NCBI GenBank assembly: GCA_951406725.2
Contig: OX597820.1
Span: 113,584,001-113,648,000, forward strand
Source of the DNA: Octopus vulgaris
Lineage: Eukaryota
Length of the DNA stretch: 64,000 nt
Reading direction: 5' to 3'
Part shown: positions 12,940 to 26,842 of the stretch, piece by piece
Layout of the letters: each line of letters starts with the position of its first letter
Numbering within the stretch: position 1 is the stretch's first letter
Notes under the pieces: model-generated
What the model saw: the letters and a program-made list of their open reading frames with translations, nothing else
Databases searched by the model: none
Told to the model about the DNA's origin: nothing
Made by a program: the position numbers and the translations under genes

Positions 12940-14427
12940 CCTTTGTCTTCATATCACACTTGGAACTTCTTTCTTGTTCTCATTATTCACAGTGAGTTTC
13001 TCATCGACCTCAAGGCATTTGAAGTTCTCGTTTACTTTCCTCCTATATCATGTGGTTGTTGGTTCCAAAGAGTTCTTTCCCTTCAGTGTTTTCAAAAGGC
13101 ACATGCAATTCATATCAATATAAAATTTAAACTCCGACGGCACCAGCTGCCAGAATCGTCAGCACGCAGGGGGAAGGGTTCATTACATTGACCCCTGTAC
13201 TTGATTGGCACTTTATTTTATAGAGCTCTGAAGTATGAAATGAAATGTTGATCACTGCGGGATTTGAACTCAGAAAGTGAAGAGTCATTAAGAAATAAAG
13301 CAGTCGTGATCAAACTTCGGTTTGCAGGACTTTCTGAACAGCATGCCAACGAAAAACTACCTCCTGATGATGAACCGTGTCTCATGTGGCCCAATTCACG
13401 GAAAAAGTTGCCTCACGCCTTAAATGAAGCGAAGCGTCTCAGACAGCGCTCTAACAATGCTGCCAATCCAACACCTTAAATTTCCATAAAATAATTCTCT
13501 CTAATTTTGGCATAAGACCATCAGCTTTTTTTTGTTGCTTTTTTTTGTTTTTTAAGAAATGGGGATAGTCAATTAAATCGACCCCTGTAATTGTCTGATA
13601 CTTTATTTCATAAAGCTCAGAAGGATGAAAGGAAAAGTTTACCTTGGTGCTATTTGAATTCGGATCATAAGAAGCATGAAGAAATGCCACTGAACAACTC
13701 GTCCAACACTCAAATGATTCTACCAAACCTTAAACTAATAGGAACCGTGATAATGTCGATAGAAGACAGAACACCAGTCCTGCTAACAACATTATATTAA
13801 TGCTGTTATATATGATATTTATCAAATGATATTTAAATTTTTCCCAGGTGTAACTTAAAAGACATGTCTGCTAAAGAAATGTATTTCAAGATTGACGAAT
13901 GGTTTCTCCTGGTAGACTACGAAAGGATAAAATCGAAGTCCATCGTTCCATCCTAATCTGGTAGGGTATCACATATGTAATAACACTCATATCAAAATGG
14001 CAAACGACAGAGGCTATTCATGCAATTACTAGGTAAAAGTTCCCTCAAGTCATATCTAAAAGCGAAAAGCAATGAACAAGGGAAATAACTTCAATGCTAT
14101 TTTTTTTTTGATGTTTTACTAAGAGAGGAAGAAAGTCAAAGTTTTAAAGGAACGTCTTGCCGCTTGAATTAACTCGACAATATCACTTGGTGTTCGATGG
14201 GGGAAAGGCAAAGTTGACATTGGTGACGATCGAACTCGAATCGTGAAGACCAAATATCGCAAAACATTTTGCCCGATGCTGATTGAAAGAGAAGGGAAAG
14301 AACTCTCGAGAACGCAAAAACACATGCACACACAGAGAAACTTATACACACACACACACTCACACACACCACCACAAAATCACAAATAGACACACCCATG
14401 CATATACATTTGTAAACAAAAATACAC

Positions 14428-14491
<64 letters not shown>

Positions 14492-14542
14492 TGTGCGTGT
14501 GTGTGTGTGTACGCGTTTGTGTTTGCGCGCGCGCGCGTTCTT

Positions 14543-14607
<65 letters not shown>

Positions 14608-14966
14608 TGTGTGTGTGTGCTTCCCCCCACCATCGCTTGACAACCGATGTTGGTGTGTTAGCAGTTCGGCAAAAGAAACCGATAGAATAAGTACTAGGCC
14701 TACGAAGAATAAGTTCTGGGGTCAATTTGTTCGACTAACGGTGGTGCTCCAGCATGGCCGCAGTCAAATGACTGAAACAAGGAAGAGAGTAAAAGAAATA
14801 CATCATGTATATATGTATATATACGTATGTATGTGTGTATATATATATGTATATATATGTATATATATGTATGTATACATACATACATACATACATACAT
14901 ACATACATACATACATACATACATACATACATACATACATACGTACGTACATACATGCATACACAT

Positions 14967-15010
<44 letters not shown>

Positions 15011-15349
15011 AAAGATAAAAAGGGAGGTAGATGGAAGGAAACAGCGAGTGAGAGAGAAAGTGTGTGTGTGTGTGCTGCGTGTGTGTCAGTTGTATGAAAC
15101 TAGTTTTGTGTGGCGAAGGGAAGAGCTTATGAGAACTACCCAAAAACATCTCGTTAATAACTCTAGCAACTAAAACTATGTCATGATGCAACAGATACCC
15201 GTTACAGTAGCAGACTTCCAGAGAGAGAGACGCGTTACCCTAGCAGACTACCAGATAGCAATACCGTTCCTGTATCAGACAGCGCTATCTGTCAACGTCA
15301 GTTACCCCAGCATATCCTCTCTTCTGAGTGTATCGGCTTTAACATTAGA

Positions 15350-15580
15350 AGGCGGCGAGCTGGCAGAACGTTAGCACGCCGGGCGAAATGCTAAGCCGTA
15401 TTCGTCTGCCGCTACGTTCTGAGTTCAAATTCCGCCGAGGTCGACTTTGCTTTTCATCCTTTCAGGGAGATTAAATAAGTACCAGTTACACACTGGGGTC
15501 GATGTAATCGACTTAATCCCTTTGTCTGTCCTTGTTTGTCCTATCTGTGTTTAGCCCCTTGTGGGTAATAAAGAAATAGG
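15350..15580 (+). mobile_element. tRNA-derived SINE (family B) with conserved central domain
   Basis: aaggcggcgagctggcagaa head, gcctttcatcctttcggggtcgat core and tgtgggtaataaagaaata tail. Copies at about 22197, 23606, 27779(-), 35325(-), 37166(-), 39361, 42376(-), 56618 and 61040(-). Confidence 0.85.
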
Positions 15581-17159
15581 TTTTAACATTAGAACTTTAG
15601 CAATGCTTTATTTTCCTTTTAGATTTGCACATGCATTATGATATCACAACATGTGTGTGTGTGTACATATATATACTTCTGTATGTAATATATGTATATA
15701 TGTATACATATGCAAGGGAGGGGCATTGCTTATTGAATTAGCATCAGTACATGAGGGGTACTAATTACCTCTGTCTGGAGAAGATTTAATTGTCATAACT
15801 CTTGACACAGCGCAATGCTGTGGACAAGACTAGACTCGAACCTCCGATTTTAGCGGCCGGAAGGAACTGTTTTGAGTTCAAAATCGTCGAACACTTGCTC
15901 AGAAGTTTGCAACTGATGTACCAGTGTGACCGTCGAGCACATACGTCAGGTCGTCCAGATCTAGATAAAGTATTTCTTAGGTCAGTGGACAAGGTTAGTG
16001 TAGGATGTCTACTGTTCAATTTGAGCCGATTTTATATAAGACCCTTAGATAGAGATCTCCTTACTGAAAGTTGAGCTCATTCTTCCCACCGCAGAAAAAA
16101 GAATACAGGAGCTGGTTTACTGAATTATTTAAAATTATTGTTGACGGGAACAATTCCCAACAATTTGTGGTGGGACTCCGGCCTGAAGAGAACGGTTCGA
16201 TCAGAATTAATAGAAATAACGGTAGAAAAAATAGATTGTAGGGAGAACTAGATGGCAAAATAAAAGAGGATGAGATTCCTTAGGATATCCTTAGCGCCTG
16301 CGACGGCACTGGCTCAAAGGGTTGCGTGAAGAGAAGAAACTTATATACATGGGTTACTGCTAGTCTTTCTCAAGAAACACCCTACCCAGGCCTTTGCGTG
16401 TATGGCTACGGGATCGAAATTGACCAATGAAGAGTCCTATAGCAATCTTTAATCATATCAACTAATTTAGTAAATATTTCAAATAGTTTTTTTTATTATC
16501 ATTTTTTTCTACCGGCAATTTGGATAAACATCACTTTTAAATTAAGTAGCCGATGTATCTTAATTACGTAATTATATAAATAATTTTTATGGTCAATGAA
16601 ACAGTTATTGTGTACAATTCCGTTATGAACTATATGTGAAATTTATGCTTTTCTTCTTTTTTCTTCTTCTACACTTATTACTCTTAACGATAAAATCTGA
16701 TTCTGAATATTCTTCGAAGTTTGTCCCACTGGAATTTATTGCATTGTAATAATCTATAGGAATTTAAGAAAATGTCATTAATCGAGTTCTTAATAATTGT
16801 AGATATATTTTTTGTGTTTATACATCAGTTAGATGTATTTGCTCCCCTGTTGAGCGCTATCAATATAAACCACTTCAAGATGTAAACAGCAATTAAAATA
16901 ATTTCTTTTAAAAAAAGAGCATATGATTAATAAATTAAAGGAAGACTCAAAGCAATCGCGACTTAACACTTTCTAAGAAACTACTTTTTCTTAAAGCACG
17001 CCATAGTTTATCAATATTTCATGATTGGATGTATTCGCCAAACTGCAAAATGAAATTAATTGAATGATTAACTAGTAGATGTTCAATATCCATACTGTAT
17101 ACATTATTTTCCCCACATCAACAAACTTCGTTTGTTTTCTTTCTGCAGAATACACCATT

Positions 17160-17600
17160 AATGCTAGATTGTCGACAAGTTAAAAGGGAAAAGACTTACC
17201 ATTACAACAAACAATGAAAACATCACTGTTCTTTGTTTGCGATGATTAAAGAGAAATGAACGTGTTTAATTTGATAGAGAAATATAACTGCTCCAAAACG
17301 AGACAAAGTAGAAAGACATTTGATACTGTTCATAGAGCATTCACATGGTTTGCTCTAAATTCGGGAAAATGAGAAAAGAAAATAATTAATTTCAAGTTTG
17401 GAAAAGAAACAATCGTTTTTCAAACTGTCAACTCTTAAATCTTTAGCTACCGCCGTCGTGTCAGTTCGAGCATCGCAAGTAATTGTGATACAGAAAAATA
17501 ACCTTTGAATATGGGGAAATGATGAAAGAAGCTTTTCTCAAAGCAAATGATTTGCTGCTTGTAAACCTTAAATATAACAGATATAAATAATAGATATAAT
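17160..17600 (+). pseudogene. hAT (SPIN/GTF2IRD2-like) transposase N-terminal remnant
   Basis: KREKTYHYNKQ..., APKRDKVERH, and FEYGEMMKEAFLKANDLL; many stops. Confidence 0.6.
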
Positions 17601-17769
17601 AGATATAATAATCTTTTCTACCATAAGCAAAAGGCTTGAAATTTCGGGGAAGAGGCTGATCGATTATATCAGTATCTAACTGATACTTCTTTTATCGATC
17701 TCGAAAGCAAGCTCAACCTCGGCAGCATTTGACTCCTGGACCTGAAGTCGGGCAAAATGCCACTAACCA

Positions 17770-18335
17770 GGTGCCACCGAAAATAATGAGTACAAAATCT
17801 TGTGGGATTTTACAAAAAAAAAACAGAAGGCGTCACCGAGAATAATCAGTTTAAGATCTTGTATGATTTTACAAACGCATAAACCAGAAGACGTCACCGA
17901 GAACAGTGTTTATAAGATCTTGTGAGATTTTTACAAAAACCGGAGGGCGTCACAGACAATAATGCATATAAGATCTTGTTGGGTTTTACAATCGAGTGTG
18001 ATTCAACCATTGATACTCGGAGACATTGTAGTAGATAAAAAGAGGATAAGGAAACGGAGATCATGGACATTGCTGTACCTGAGGATGTACGAGTGTGTGA
18101 CGAAGATCTGAAAAAGACTGAGAAGTACAAGCCACAAAAAGATGAAATTGCACGAATATGGGCAATGAAGAAAGTAACTATTATCCTAGTAGTTGTGGGG
18201 GCACAAGAAGCAATGACAACTTGGTTTGAGAAACTTAGTGGAGAAATTGGGATTACACGAGGGTAGAGCATGTTCAAAGAATGGCTTTACTGGGGACAGC
18301 GAGTATTCTGAGATTGGTACTTGGGTGTTAAGTAT
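17770..18335 (+). mobile_element. R4/Dong-like RLE 3' fragment with four tandem 5' repeats, followed by (GAA)n
   Basis: MDIAVPEDVRVCDEDLKKTEKYKPQKDEIARIWAMKKVTIILVVVGA; the KILWDF-coding unit is repeated four times. Confidence 0.75.
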
Positions 18336-18604
18336 CGAAGAAGAAGAAGAAGAAGAAGAAGAAGAAGAAGAAGAAGAAGAAGAAGAAGAAGAAGAAGAAG
18401 AAGAAGAAGAAGAAGAAGATGAAGAAGAAGAAGAAGAAGAAGAAGAAGAAGAAGAAGAAGAAGAAGAAGAAGAAGAAGAAGAAGAAGAAGAAGAAGAAGA
18501 AGAAGATTTAGCTGTATCTCTAATGTCATCCAGAACCCAGAGCAACACTGGCTGGCCGAAGGAACAACATACCTTCAAACAAAAACTGAAGACACAAAAC
18601 ATCT

Positions 18605-20740
18605 AAAGAACTACCGACCAATAACATCTCTCAACTCCACCTACAAGATCTTCACATCCATATTTCATAGAAGTCTATCCTTCCACAAGCTCAAAAAAGG
18701 CTGTAAAAGGGATTCTTATTGGTGCAAAGATCAATTACTCATTAGTAAAATAATTGTAGAGAATTGCCAGAGCAAAACGAAAAACCTGAGTATGATATGG
18801 ATAGAGTACAGGAAAGCATTTGATAGTGTCCCACATAATTGGGTACTCAAGGCCCTTGAGATATATGAGATCTCTCCTGTCATCTCCAAATTCTTACAAG
18901 GTAGCATGACCAAGTGGAACACACGTCTCCTTCTAAACCATAGTAATGGGATGAGCCAAACTAACAACATCAACATCAAACGAGACATCTTTCAAGGTGA
19001 CTCCCTCACCCCATCACTCTCCACTCTCAAGCGAACTAAATAACGCCCGGTATACGTTCAAACTTTATAATACGGCAATAAAGCATCTGTTTTATATGGA
19101 CTATCAGAAGATGTTTGCTGGAAACAACGAAGAGCTAATAGCTGTTTCCAGCTGTTAAAGAGTTCAGCAATGACATCGGAATGGATTGTTGCCTTGATAA
19201 GTATGCTAAAACAACTTTTTTAAGAGGCAAGCTCAGATAAACAGCTTCCATTAAATTAGATACCGACTCTACCATCAAGGAGCTCGACCCACAAGAAAAT
19301 TACAAACACCTATGGATAAATGAAGGGGATGGTATACATGCTATTATGAAGGTAAAAATAAGAATGGAGTATTACAGGAGAATAAGACTCATCCTAAAAT
19401 GAACTCAGCTTAAAAAATCACATCGAAGCCATTAACACCCTGACACTTCCAGTAGTCCAATATAGTTTTAACATCATTAACTGGAATCTTGCAGAGCTCC
19501 AATACCTTGACAGGAAAACAAGAAAGTTGCTAACATCTAAGAACATGTACCACCCAAGAGCAGGCGTTGATCGTCGGTACCTACCAAGAAGTAATGGGGG
19601 AAGAGAAATGATGCAGGTAGAACTGTGCCTTAAGACCTCTACAATGGCAATGAACAGAGGACTGGACGTTGCAGCTTGTGTGCAAACGCGAAAGCAGCAA
19701 AAAGTCACATTCTGTTGTCAAGGAAGCTAAATGCAGATTCGCAAGGGAATTTGGCATTAACCCTGAAATAATTGAAGAACTTGAAACCACTACTACAAAG
19801 CAAGCAAAACGGGCAGAAACAAAATGAGGAGCGGTGGAGCCAGAAGCCTCTGCATGGACAGTATATATTTCAAAGTTGAAATGCTGATGTAGACCAAACA
19901 ACAACCCATCAGTGGCTGAGAAGTTCAGGACTGAAAGCAGATTCATATTGGCAGTACAAGATCAAAGCTTGCTCACAAAAAACTACCAGGCTAACGTTCT
20001 TCAAAGCGGTTCTGACCCTAAATGCAGATTCTGCGACACATTTGATGAAACAATAGATCATATCGTCTCGGGATGACCTGTGCTGACACCAAACAAATAG
20101 AAAAATTACCACGATAGGGTAGGACAGTATTTACATAGGAAAATATATAAACACTACAAAAGCAGCAACCCTGCTTTGTGGTATGAACATCACTGCAAAT
20201 CAGTTGTTGAAGGTAAAAATGTCACTGTCCTCTGGGATTTTCCAGTCCACACTGACAGAATGATCCAAGCTTATCTACCATACATAATTATTAAAGAGAG
20301 TGAAGAAAATACTTGTAGACGAATGGATGTGTTTCAACTAATAAAAATATATCTGTCAAGGAATTTGACAAATTAAGTAAATATTAGGACCTGGAAATTG
20401 AAAAACAAAAGATAAGCATCTTAAAGCGAGAATTGTTTCCGTTACTGTAGGTACCCTAGGTATGATATAAAAAAAAGGGCTGTCAGAAGCATCTAGATAA
20501 GATCCCAGGAGAACCGTGTCTCAGAGAAATCCAAAAGATTGTGCTGACAAGTACTGCCCACATCCTTAGAAAAATTCGTGTTATTTACATGAATATATTT
20601 CGCTACTGCTCCTGCCAGTTCTCCTCCCCAAGCCTTCAGTCAAACTGTAATATCTCTTATCCTTCACTCACCCCAGAACGCTGGGTGTGTCTCGGCAAGT
20701 GGTTGTAACAAATATGCATATTATGAGTAAAAATAAATAA
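18605..20740 (+). mobile_element. R4/Dong-like non-LTR retrotransposon, degraded
   Basis: NYRPIT, WIEYRKAFDSVPHNW, IFQGDSLTP, CRFCDTFDETIDHIVSG, VLWDFPVHTD, then a 3' UTR. Confidence 0.85.
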
Positions 20741-20744
20741 TATG

Positions 20745-21115
20745 TTCCTTGAGGAAAGCAATCTACTGCCAGTAGATCAAAAGGGATGCCGAAAAGGATC
20801 CAAGGGCTCTGAAGACCCCCTTGTGATAGACAAGGTTATAATGAAGAACTCTAAACGGTGCCAAAAAACATATGCATAGCCTGGATATACTTCAAAAAGG
20901 CTTAAGACATGTTGCCGCATTCGTGGATTTAGGAAACACTCGACATGTGTAGAATAGCTAAGAACGTGTGTGGTTAGTTAAAAAACACGTCTTTTTTGTA
21001 AGAACCAGCACTTAGCCGAGGTAACACTCAAAAGAGGTATCTTCCAAGGAGACTCTTGTTCACCTCTGTTAGTTGTTATAGCCTTGATCCGACATACTGT
21101 AGTCCTACGCAAAAT
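20745..21115 (+). mobile_element. Additional R4/Dong-like RT fragment
   Basis: QKGCRKGSKG, WIYFKKA*DMLPHSW, RGIFQGDSCSPLL. Confidence 0.7.
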
Positions 21116-22723
21116 CAATTCTTTTTTGTCAACAATTCGTTGTGATTGATATCGCTAACGCGACAGGCAAAATGGTTGAAAAGATTTGACTATTTGACTC
21201 GTAAAATTTCTGACCAAAACATATCAACAATCCTTTAATTCTTAATTAGTCAACTCAAATGTTGCCGTGACTTTGGAATATCTATTTCGCTCTGTCGTAA
21301 ATTTTGAAATTATTATCATTAACCATCCCTCTGTATTGAATAAATTTTCAAAAATTCTGAAATCAGAAATATAATATAGCTAATTAATCTTTCGTTGATT
21401 TACTAAAACAATATTTTTGTTTTGTTGAAACTGATTTACAATCACACATGCACAATTACTTTCATAAGATCTATTTAGGGTTTTCGAAATATTTCTCCAA
21501 ATGACTGAAACATACACATATAAATATGAACACACGCATTGAAAGATGTGTGCGAGTGTGTTTATGTATAAATCATTTTGTATGAATAATTTTCTTTTAC
21601 ATTTTTTCAAATTTTCTTCATTCGTTACGGAAGTGTAATTCACATTTCTTCGTTTTCTTGCCTGTTTGCGATATTTCACATCTTTGCTTCTCCCAACAAA
21701 TGAAAAGAGACGCTGGGTTTGTGTTTAGTGTTTTTACGGCTTTGTACAGAGTTGAATTTTCGCTGTCTTTCATTGTGTCTGTGTTTACCTTATTATTCGC
21801 GTAAGTTCAATGTGCGCGCGCGTGTGTGTGCGAGACGTAGTCTTTTGATGAACGGAGTTCTGTAATTATCAGAACAGGCGGCTCGAGTGAGTGTCAATTA
21901 TTTCCCCGAAATAGGCGAGCAGCCTGATAAAGCAGCTGATTTGTCTTTGACAGGATAACGGTCTAAAACCATGGCCATATTACGTAACTAAATGTGTTCT
22001 CTTAGCTAAACAATTTCAAAATGATTCGGTTTAATCAATAAGTATTTACTGCATGACGAACCTCAGAAGTCGCCGCGCCCCACTGCTACAGAAGATATGG
22101 GTTCGAATCCCATGAGTAGCCTTCTACCCTTTTCTAGCTAAAAGGGTTTTTCAACCCAGCATTTACGTGCTAGTATTTATAACATTAGGTATTTATAAGG
22201 CGGTGAACAGACAGAATCGTTAGCGCGCTGGACGAAATGCTTTACCATATTTCGCCCGTCGCTATGTTATAAGTTCAAATTCCGCCGAGGTCGACTTTGC
22301 CTTTCATCCTTTCGGGGTCAACAAATTAAATACCAGTGAAACACTGGGATCGACGAAATCGACTTAAGTACATTTACGTACTTTATGTACTTCGAGATCC
22401 AGCTGGAATTGAAGAATTATTTCATGTTCTCTCAAAAGTTTATAAAGTCTTCTGACGCCAGCAAGACACACACACGCGCACACGTGTGTTTTTCATCTAG
22501 CAATATCTTACTGATTATGGTATATAACAGTTAGACAGAATCTTACCGTTGGTTTCGCCCCGAATAAAGTCTAATGGCAACAAGGCGCGTAACCGACGGC
22601 CTCTTTCCGAGCAGCTGTATACCATAGTCAGCAATACATTACTTGACGATATATAAAAGTGTATCTGTTCCTTCACTTATACTGAGTGCGATTCTAGTTC
22701 TGAGGTACATACTTGCATACACA

Positions 22724-23112
22724 GTGGAGGCGCAATGGCCTAGTGGTTAGGGCAGCGGACTCGCGGTCATAGGATCGCGGTTTCGATTCCCAGACCAGGC
22801 GTTGTGAGTGTTTATTGAGCGAAAACACCTAAAGCTCCACGAGGCTCCGGCAGGGGATGGTGGTGATCCCTGCTGTACTCTTTCACCACAACTTTCTCTC
22901 ACTCTTACTTCCTGTTTCTGTTGTACCTGTATTTCAATGGGCCGGCCTTGTCACTCTCTGTGTCACGCTGAATATCCCCGAGAACTATGTTAAGGGTACA
23001 CGTGTCTGTGGAGTGCTCAGCCACTTACACGTTAATTTCACGAGCAGGCTGTTCCGTTGATTCGGATCAACCGGAACCCTCGTCGTCGTAACCGACGGAG
23101 TACTTCCACTTG
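22724..23112 (+). mobile_element. tRNA(Arg)-like SINE (family C head with family D-type tail)
   Basis: TGGCCTAGTGG A-box, ggacTCGcgg anticodon-like arm and GTTTCGATTCCC B-box; the tail is shared with 26460-26635. Confidence 0.8.
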
Positions 23113-23605
23113 CATACACACACACACACATACATACATACATACATACATACATACATACATACATACATACATACATACATACAAGAGGGGTGGGGGT
23201 CAAAAGTCACGAAGTGGTCTGGTACATACATGCATGTGTGCATGCGTGCGTGTGTAGATGTTTTTGTATTTGTCCCCACATCGCTTGACAGCTGGTGTTG
23301 GTTTACGTCCCTGTAACTTAACGGTTCGGCAAAAGAACCGATAAAATAAGTACCTGTCTTTAAAAAAAACTAGTACCGAGGTTAATTTATTCGACTAAAC
23401 CCTTCTAAAGTAGTGTTCCCAGTGTAGCCACAGCCAATGTTTGGAACAAATTCTCTAATTGTGTTTCCGCATCAACGTTGTAGTTTGAAAGCACCACTAT
23501 ATAATTTTAATAAATTCATTTCGTATTTTGTGCGGGGAGTCATTATGTCAATAAACACACACACACCAGTACTATTTCACTTCTTTTGTTATTATTAGTC
23601 AACTA

Positions 23606-24022
23606 AAGGCGGCGAGCTGACAGAAACGTTAGCACGCCGGGTGAAATGCTTGTGGTATTTCGTCCGCCGCTGCGTTCTGAGTTCAAATTCCGCCGAGGTC
23701 GACTTTGCCTTTCATCCTTTCGGGGTCGATTAAATAAGTACCAGTTACGCACTGGGGACGATGTAATCGACTTAATCCCTTTGTCTGTCCTTGTTTGTCC
23801 TCTCTGTGTGTAGCCCCTTGTGGGCGAGTAAAGAAATAGGTATTTCGTCCGCCGCTACGTTTTGAGTTCAAATTCCGCTGAGGTCAACTTTGCCTTTCAT
23901 CCTTTCGGGGTCGATTAAATAAGTACCAGTTACGCACTGGGGACGATGTAATCGACTTAATACCTTTGTCTGTCCTTGTTTGTCCGCTCTGTGTTTAGCC
24001 CCTTGTGGCAATAAAGAAATAA
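23606..24022 (+). mobile_element. Family B SINE with tandem duplication of its 3' 185 bp
   Basis: 23654-23838 is repeated at 23839-24022. Confidence 0.85.
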
Positions 24023-24397
24023 GAATCGTTCGCACGTAGGAGAAAACGTTTAGCGGCATTTTTTGTCTCTTTACATTCTAAGCTCAAATACAATCTAGGG
24101 TCATCTTTGCCTTTCATCCTTTCGAGATCGATAAAATAGTACCAGTTTAGTACTGGGATCGATGTAATCCACAAACACCCCAAGCCCCAAATGAATTTTC
24201 GGGCCTTGTGCCTGTTTGTAGAAAGAATTACAATTAATCAAATAATTAATCATTTAACCAATTAACTAATCGCTTGAGCAATTAAACGTTTGATCAATCA
24301 GTCAATCGGCTACATTCTTCAGAGTCCCTTCGTTGGCATTTGCGACTCTGATTTGTATTAAGTAGGTTTCCAATATGTACATTTCAATTAATGATCT

Positions 24398-24640
24398 TAC
24401 TCTTTACTCTTTTACTTGTTTCAGTCATTTGAACTGTGGCCATGCTGAAGCACCGCCTTTAGTCGAGCAAATCGACCCCAGGACTTATTCTTTGTAAGCC
24501 TAGTATTTATTCTATCGGTTTCTTTTGCCGAACCGCTAAGTTACGGGGGACGTAAGCACACCAGCATCGCCCAAGATGTCACGCAGTGGGACTGAACCCG
24601 GAACCATGTGGTTGGTAAGCAAGCTACTTACCACACAGCA
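24398..24640 (-). mobile_element. Family A SINE, internally deleted
   Basis: Reverse complement of the head and tail of the element at 1-389. Confidence 0.8.
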
Positions 24641-24928
24641 AAAAAATATTTTAAAAGATTGAGGGTTTTGTGTAGCAGACTTTGCTTTTCATCTTTTCGA
24701 AGTCGATAAAAGAAATACCATTCAAGTAGAGGAGTCGATGGAATCTACTTGCACCATCCTCTCAGAACTGCTGGCCTTGTGCCAAAATTACAAAGAACTA
24801 TTATAATTATCGTTGCCGGTAGCTATGACTACAGAAGGGAGGTAACTTTTCTCCTACTCTGTAAAGAGTAATAACATTAAGAAAAACCAAGTAGAATTCG
24901 GCATGAAAAAGGACCAATTCACGGTAAA

Positions 24929-25089
24929 CTTAAGTAACACTTTATAATTAGGGTTCAGCAAAGATTTGCTTTGGGAGTTCCTTTTTAAAGTAGAGGAAAT
25001 AGCTAAGGTTTTTTGGCTGCTATTTCTAAACTTCGGTATGTGGTAAAGCAAATCTTTGCTGAACCTTAATTATAAAGTATTACTTAAGA
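24929..25089. repeat. Inverted repeat (about 44-bp arms)
   Basis: cttaagtaacactttataattagggttcagcaaagatttgcttt pairs with aaagcaaatctttgctgaaccttaattataaagtattacttaag. The flank 24885-24930 resembles 47705-47745. Confidence 0.8.
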
Positions 25090-25451
25090 AAAACCTATAG
25101 ACGTGAATAAGCTATATAATTTATATAAGGTGGGTAACAGAAAGTGTCTAAGGGGTTATATTTATTTTACATTAGTAGAGTACCTTGTATCCGTCGGTCA
25201 TAATTTCAATTTCTACTTGGATCGAAAATACCTGTCAGTCTCATTTTTTTTCTTTTTTTCTTTCTTTGTCGATAAAATATTTAATCTGTTTGACATTTCT
25301 ATCTCTCACTCACATTCATCTTCTTTATATTCCGATCTTTAACATTTGTTTGGCCCTTAAACGCATTTCAAGGGGAGAAAAGACAAGATATAATGGATGC
25401 TTGTGCTGCGTTTTAAGGTCGAAATGCTCATGCGTGATTAAATCTGCAATT

Positions 25452-25887
25452 AGGCGCAGGCGTTGTTATGTGGTAAGAAGTTTGTTTCCCAAGTACATAG
25501 CTCCAGGTTCAGTCCCACTGCATGACACCTTGGAAAAGTGTCTTCACCTATATCCCTCGGGCCGATCAAAACCTTGTGAGTGGTCTTGGTAGACGGAAAC
25601 TGAAAGAAGCCCGGCCTATAAATGTTTATATATATATATGTGTATCTGTGTACGTGTGTGTCTTTGTCTTAGTGTCTGTGTTTGTTCTCCAGTAACGCTT
25701 GACAACCGGTATTGGTGTGTTTACGTCCCCGTAACTTAACGGATCGGCAAAAGAGACCGATAGAATAAGCACCAGGGTTCAAAAGAAAATAAGACCTGGT
25801 GTCGATTCATTCAACAAAAAATCCTTCAAGGTGGTGCCACAGCATGGCCGCAGCCTAATGACTGAAATAAGTAAAAGATAAAAGATA
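25452..25887 (+). mobile_element. Family A SINE, full length
   Basis: Homologous to 1-389. Confidence 0.8.
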
Positions 25888-26275
25888 TTTCATGAATATT
25901 CCATCCATTTGGTTCCTGTACATTTATTCTGTCGTTTCCCGTCAATACAGAGTCTAATTTTCACGGCTGCAGTTCTTTTACGTCTGCTCTACAAAGTCTC
26001 ACCGTTGTGATCACCGTATAGTAACCATCTTGCGTCAAATCGCCAAAGCTACAAAACCGTATTGCAACAAGAAAAACGGTTTGTCTTTTCCTCTTCAACA
26101 GATTTGTGTACAAATGTGAACACCGCCACGTCAGGCGTGATTACACACACAAACACAAACACGCACGTACACACATACACGCACATACATATATGTGGAT
26201 ATATTGATGTTGTGTGAAGGTGGCGAGCTGGCAGAACCGTTAGCACGCCGGACAATAAAGAAATATATATTGATG

Positions 26276-26314
<39 letters not shown>

Positions 26315-26316
<2 letters not shown>

Positions 26317-26635
26317 GGTGCGTGGGTTAGTGGTTAGGCTATTCGGCTCACGATAGTAAGGAAGTGAGTTCGATTCCTTGCGGTGCGCTGAATCCTTGAG
26401 TTACACACTTTATTTCACGTTGCTCCAGTTCACTCAGCTGAGAAAAATGAGTAGTGCCTGCATTTCAAAGAGCCAGCCGTGTCACATTCCATATCATTCT
26501 GAACCTCCCTGGGAACTCCATTAAGCGTCGGCTTTTCGACAGAATGCTCAGCCACTTGGACGTTAATTTCCCAAACAGGTTGTTCCGTTGATCAGATCAA
26601 CTGGAACACTCGACATCGTAACCAATGGAGTGCCA
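26315..26635 (+). mobile_element. tRNA-derived SINE (family D)
   Basis: tRNA-like head and tttcacgttgctccagttcactcagctg domain; a related copy lies at 46563-46870. Confidence 0.7.
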
Positions 26636-26842
26636 ATGTGTGTGTGTGTACAATAGAATTTCACATACAGAATATTGAGAGTTGAAAATGTACCGAAGCA
26701 ATTAGTAGGCTACTGCTCCCTATAGAGGTGGAGGTGATATGAAAGAAACAAAAGAAATAACGAAAGGGAGTAAACTCCTGCAAATCGACTCATTTAATAC
26801 GTACATTTAAGGTTTACATAGCATTTCCTGTTATATACCGTA

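Noticed and set aside
13848-13956. Possible plus-strand terminal exon after tttttcccag
   Set aside because: Short, with no recognisable protein and no upstream partner exon.
17770-17992. CRISPR-like periodic repeat
   Set aside because: Eukaryotic context, no unique spacers, and the units encode an RLE segment.
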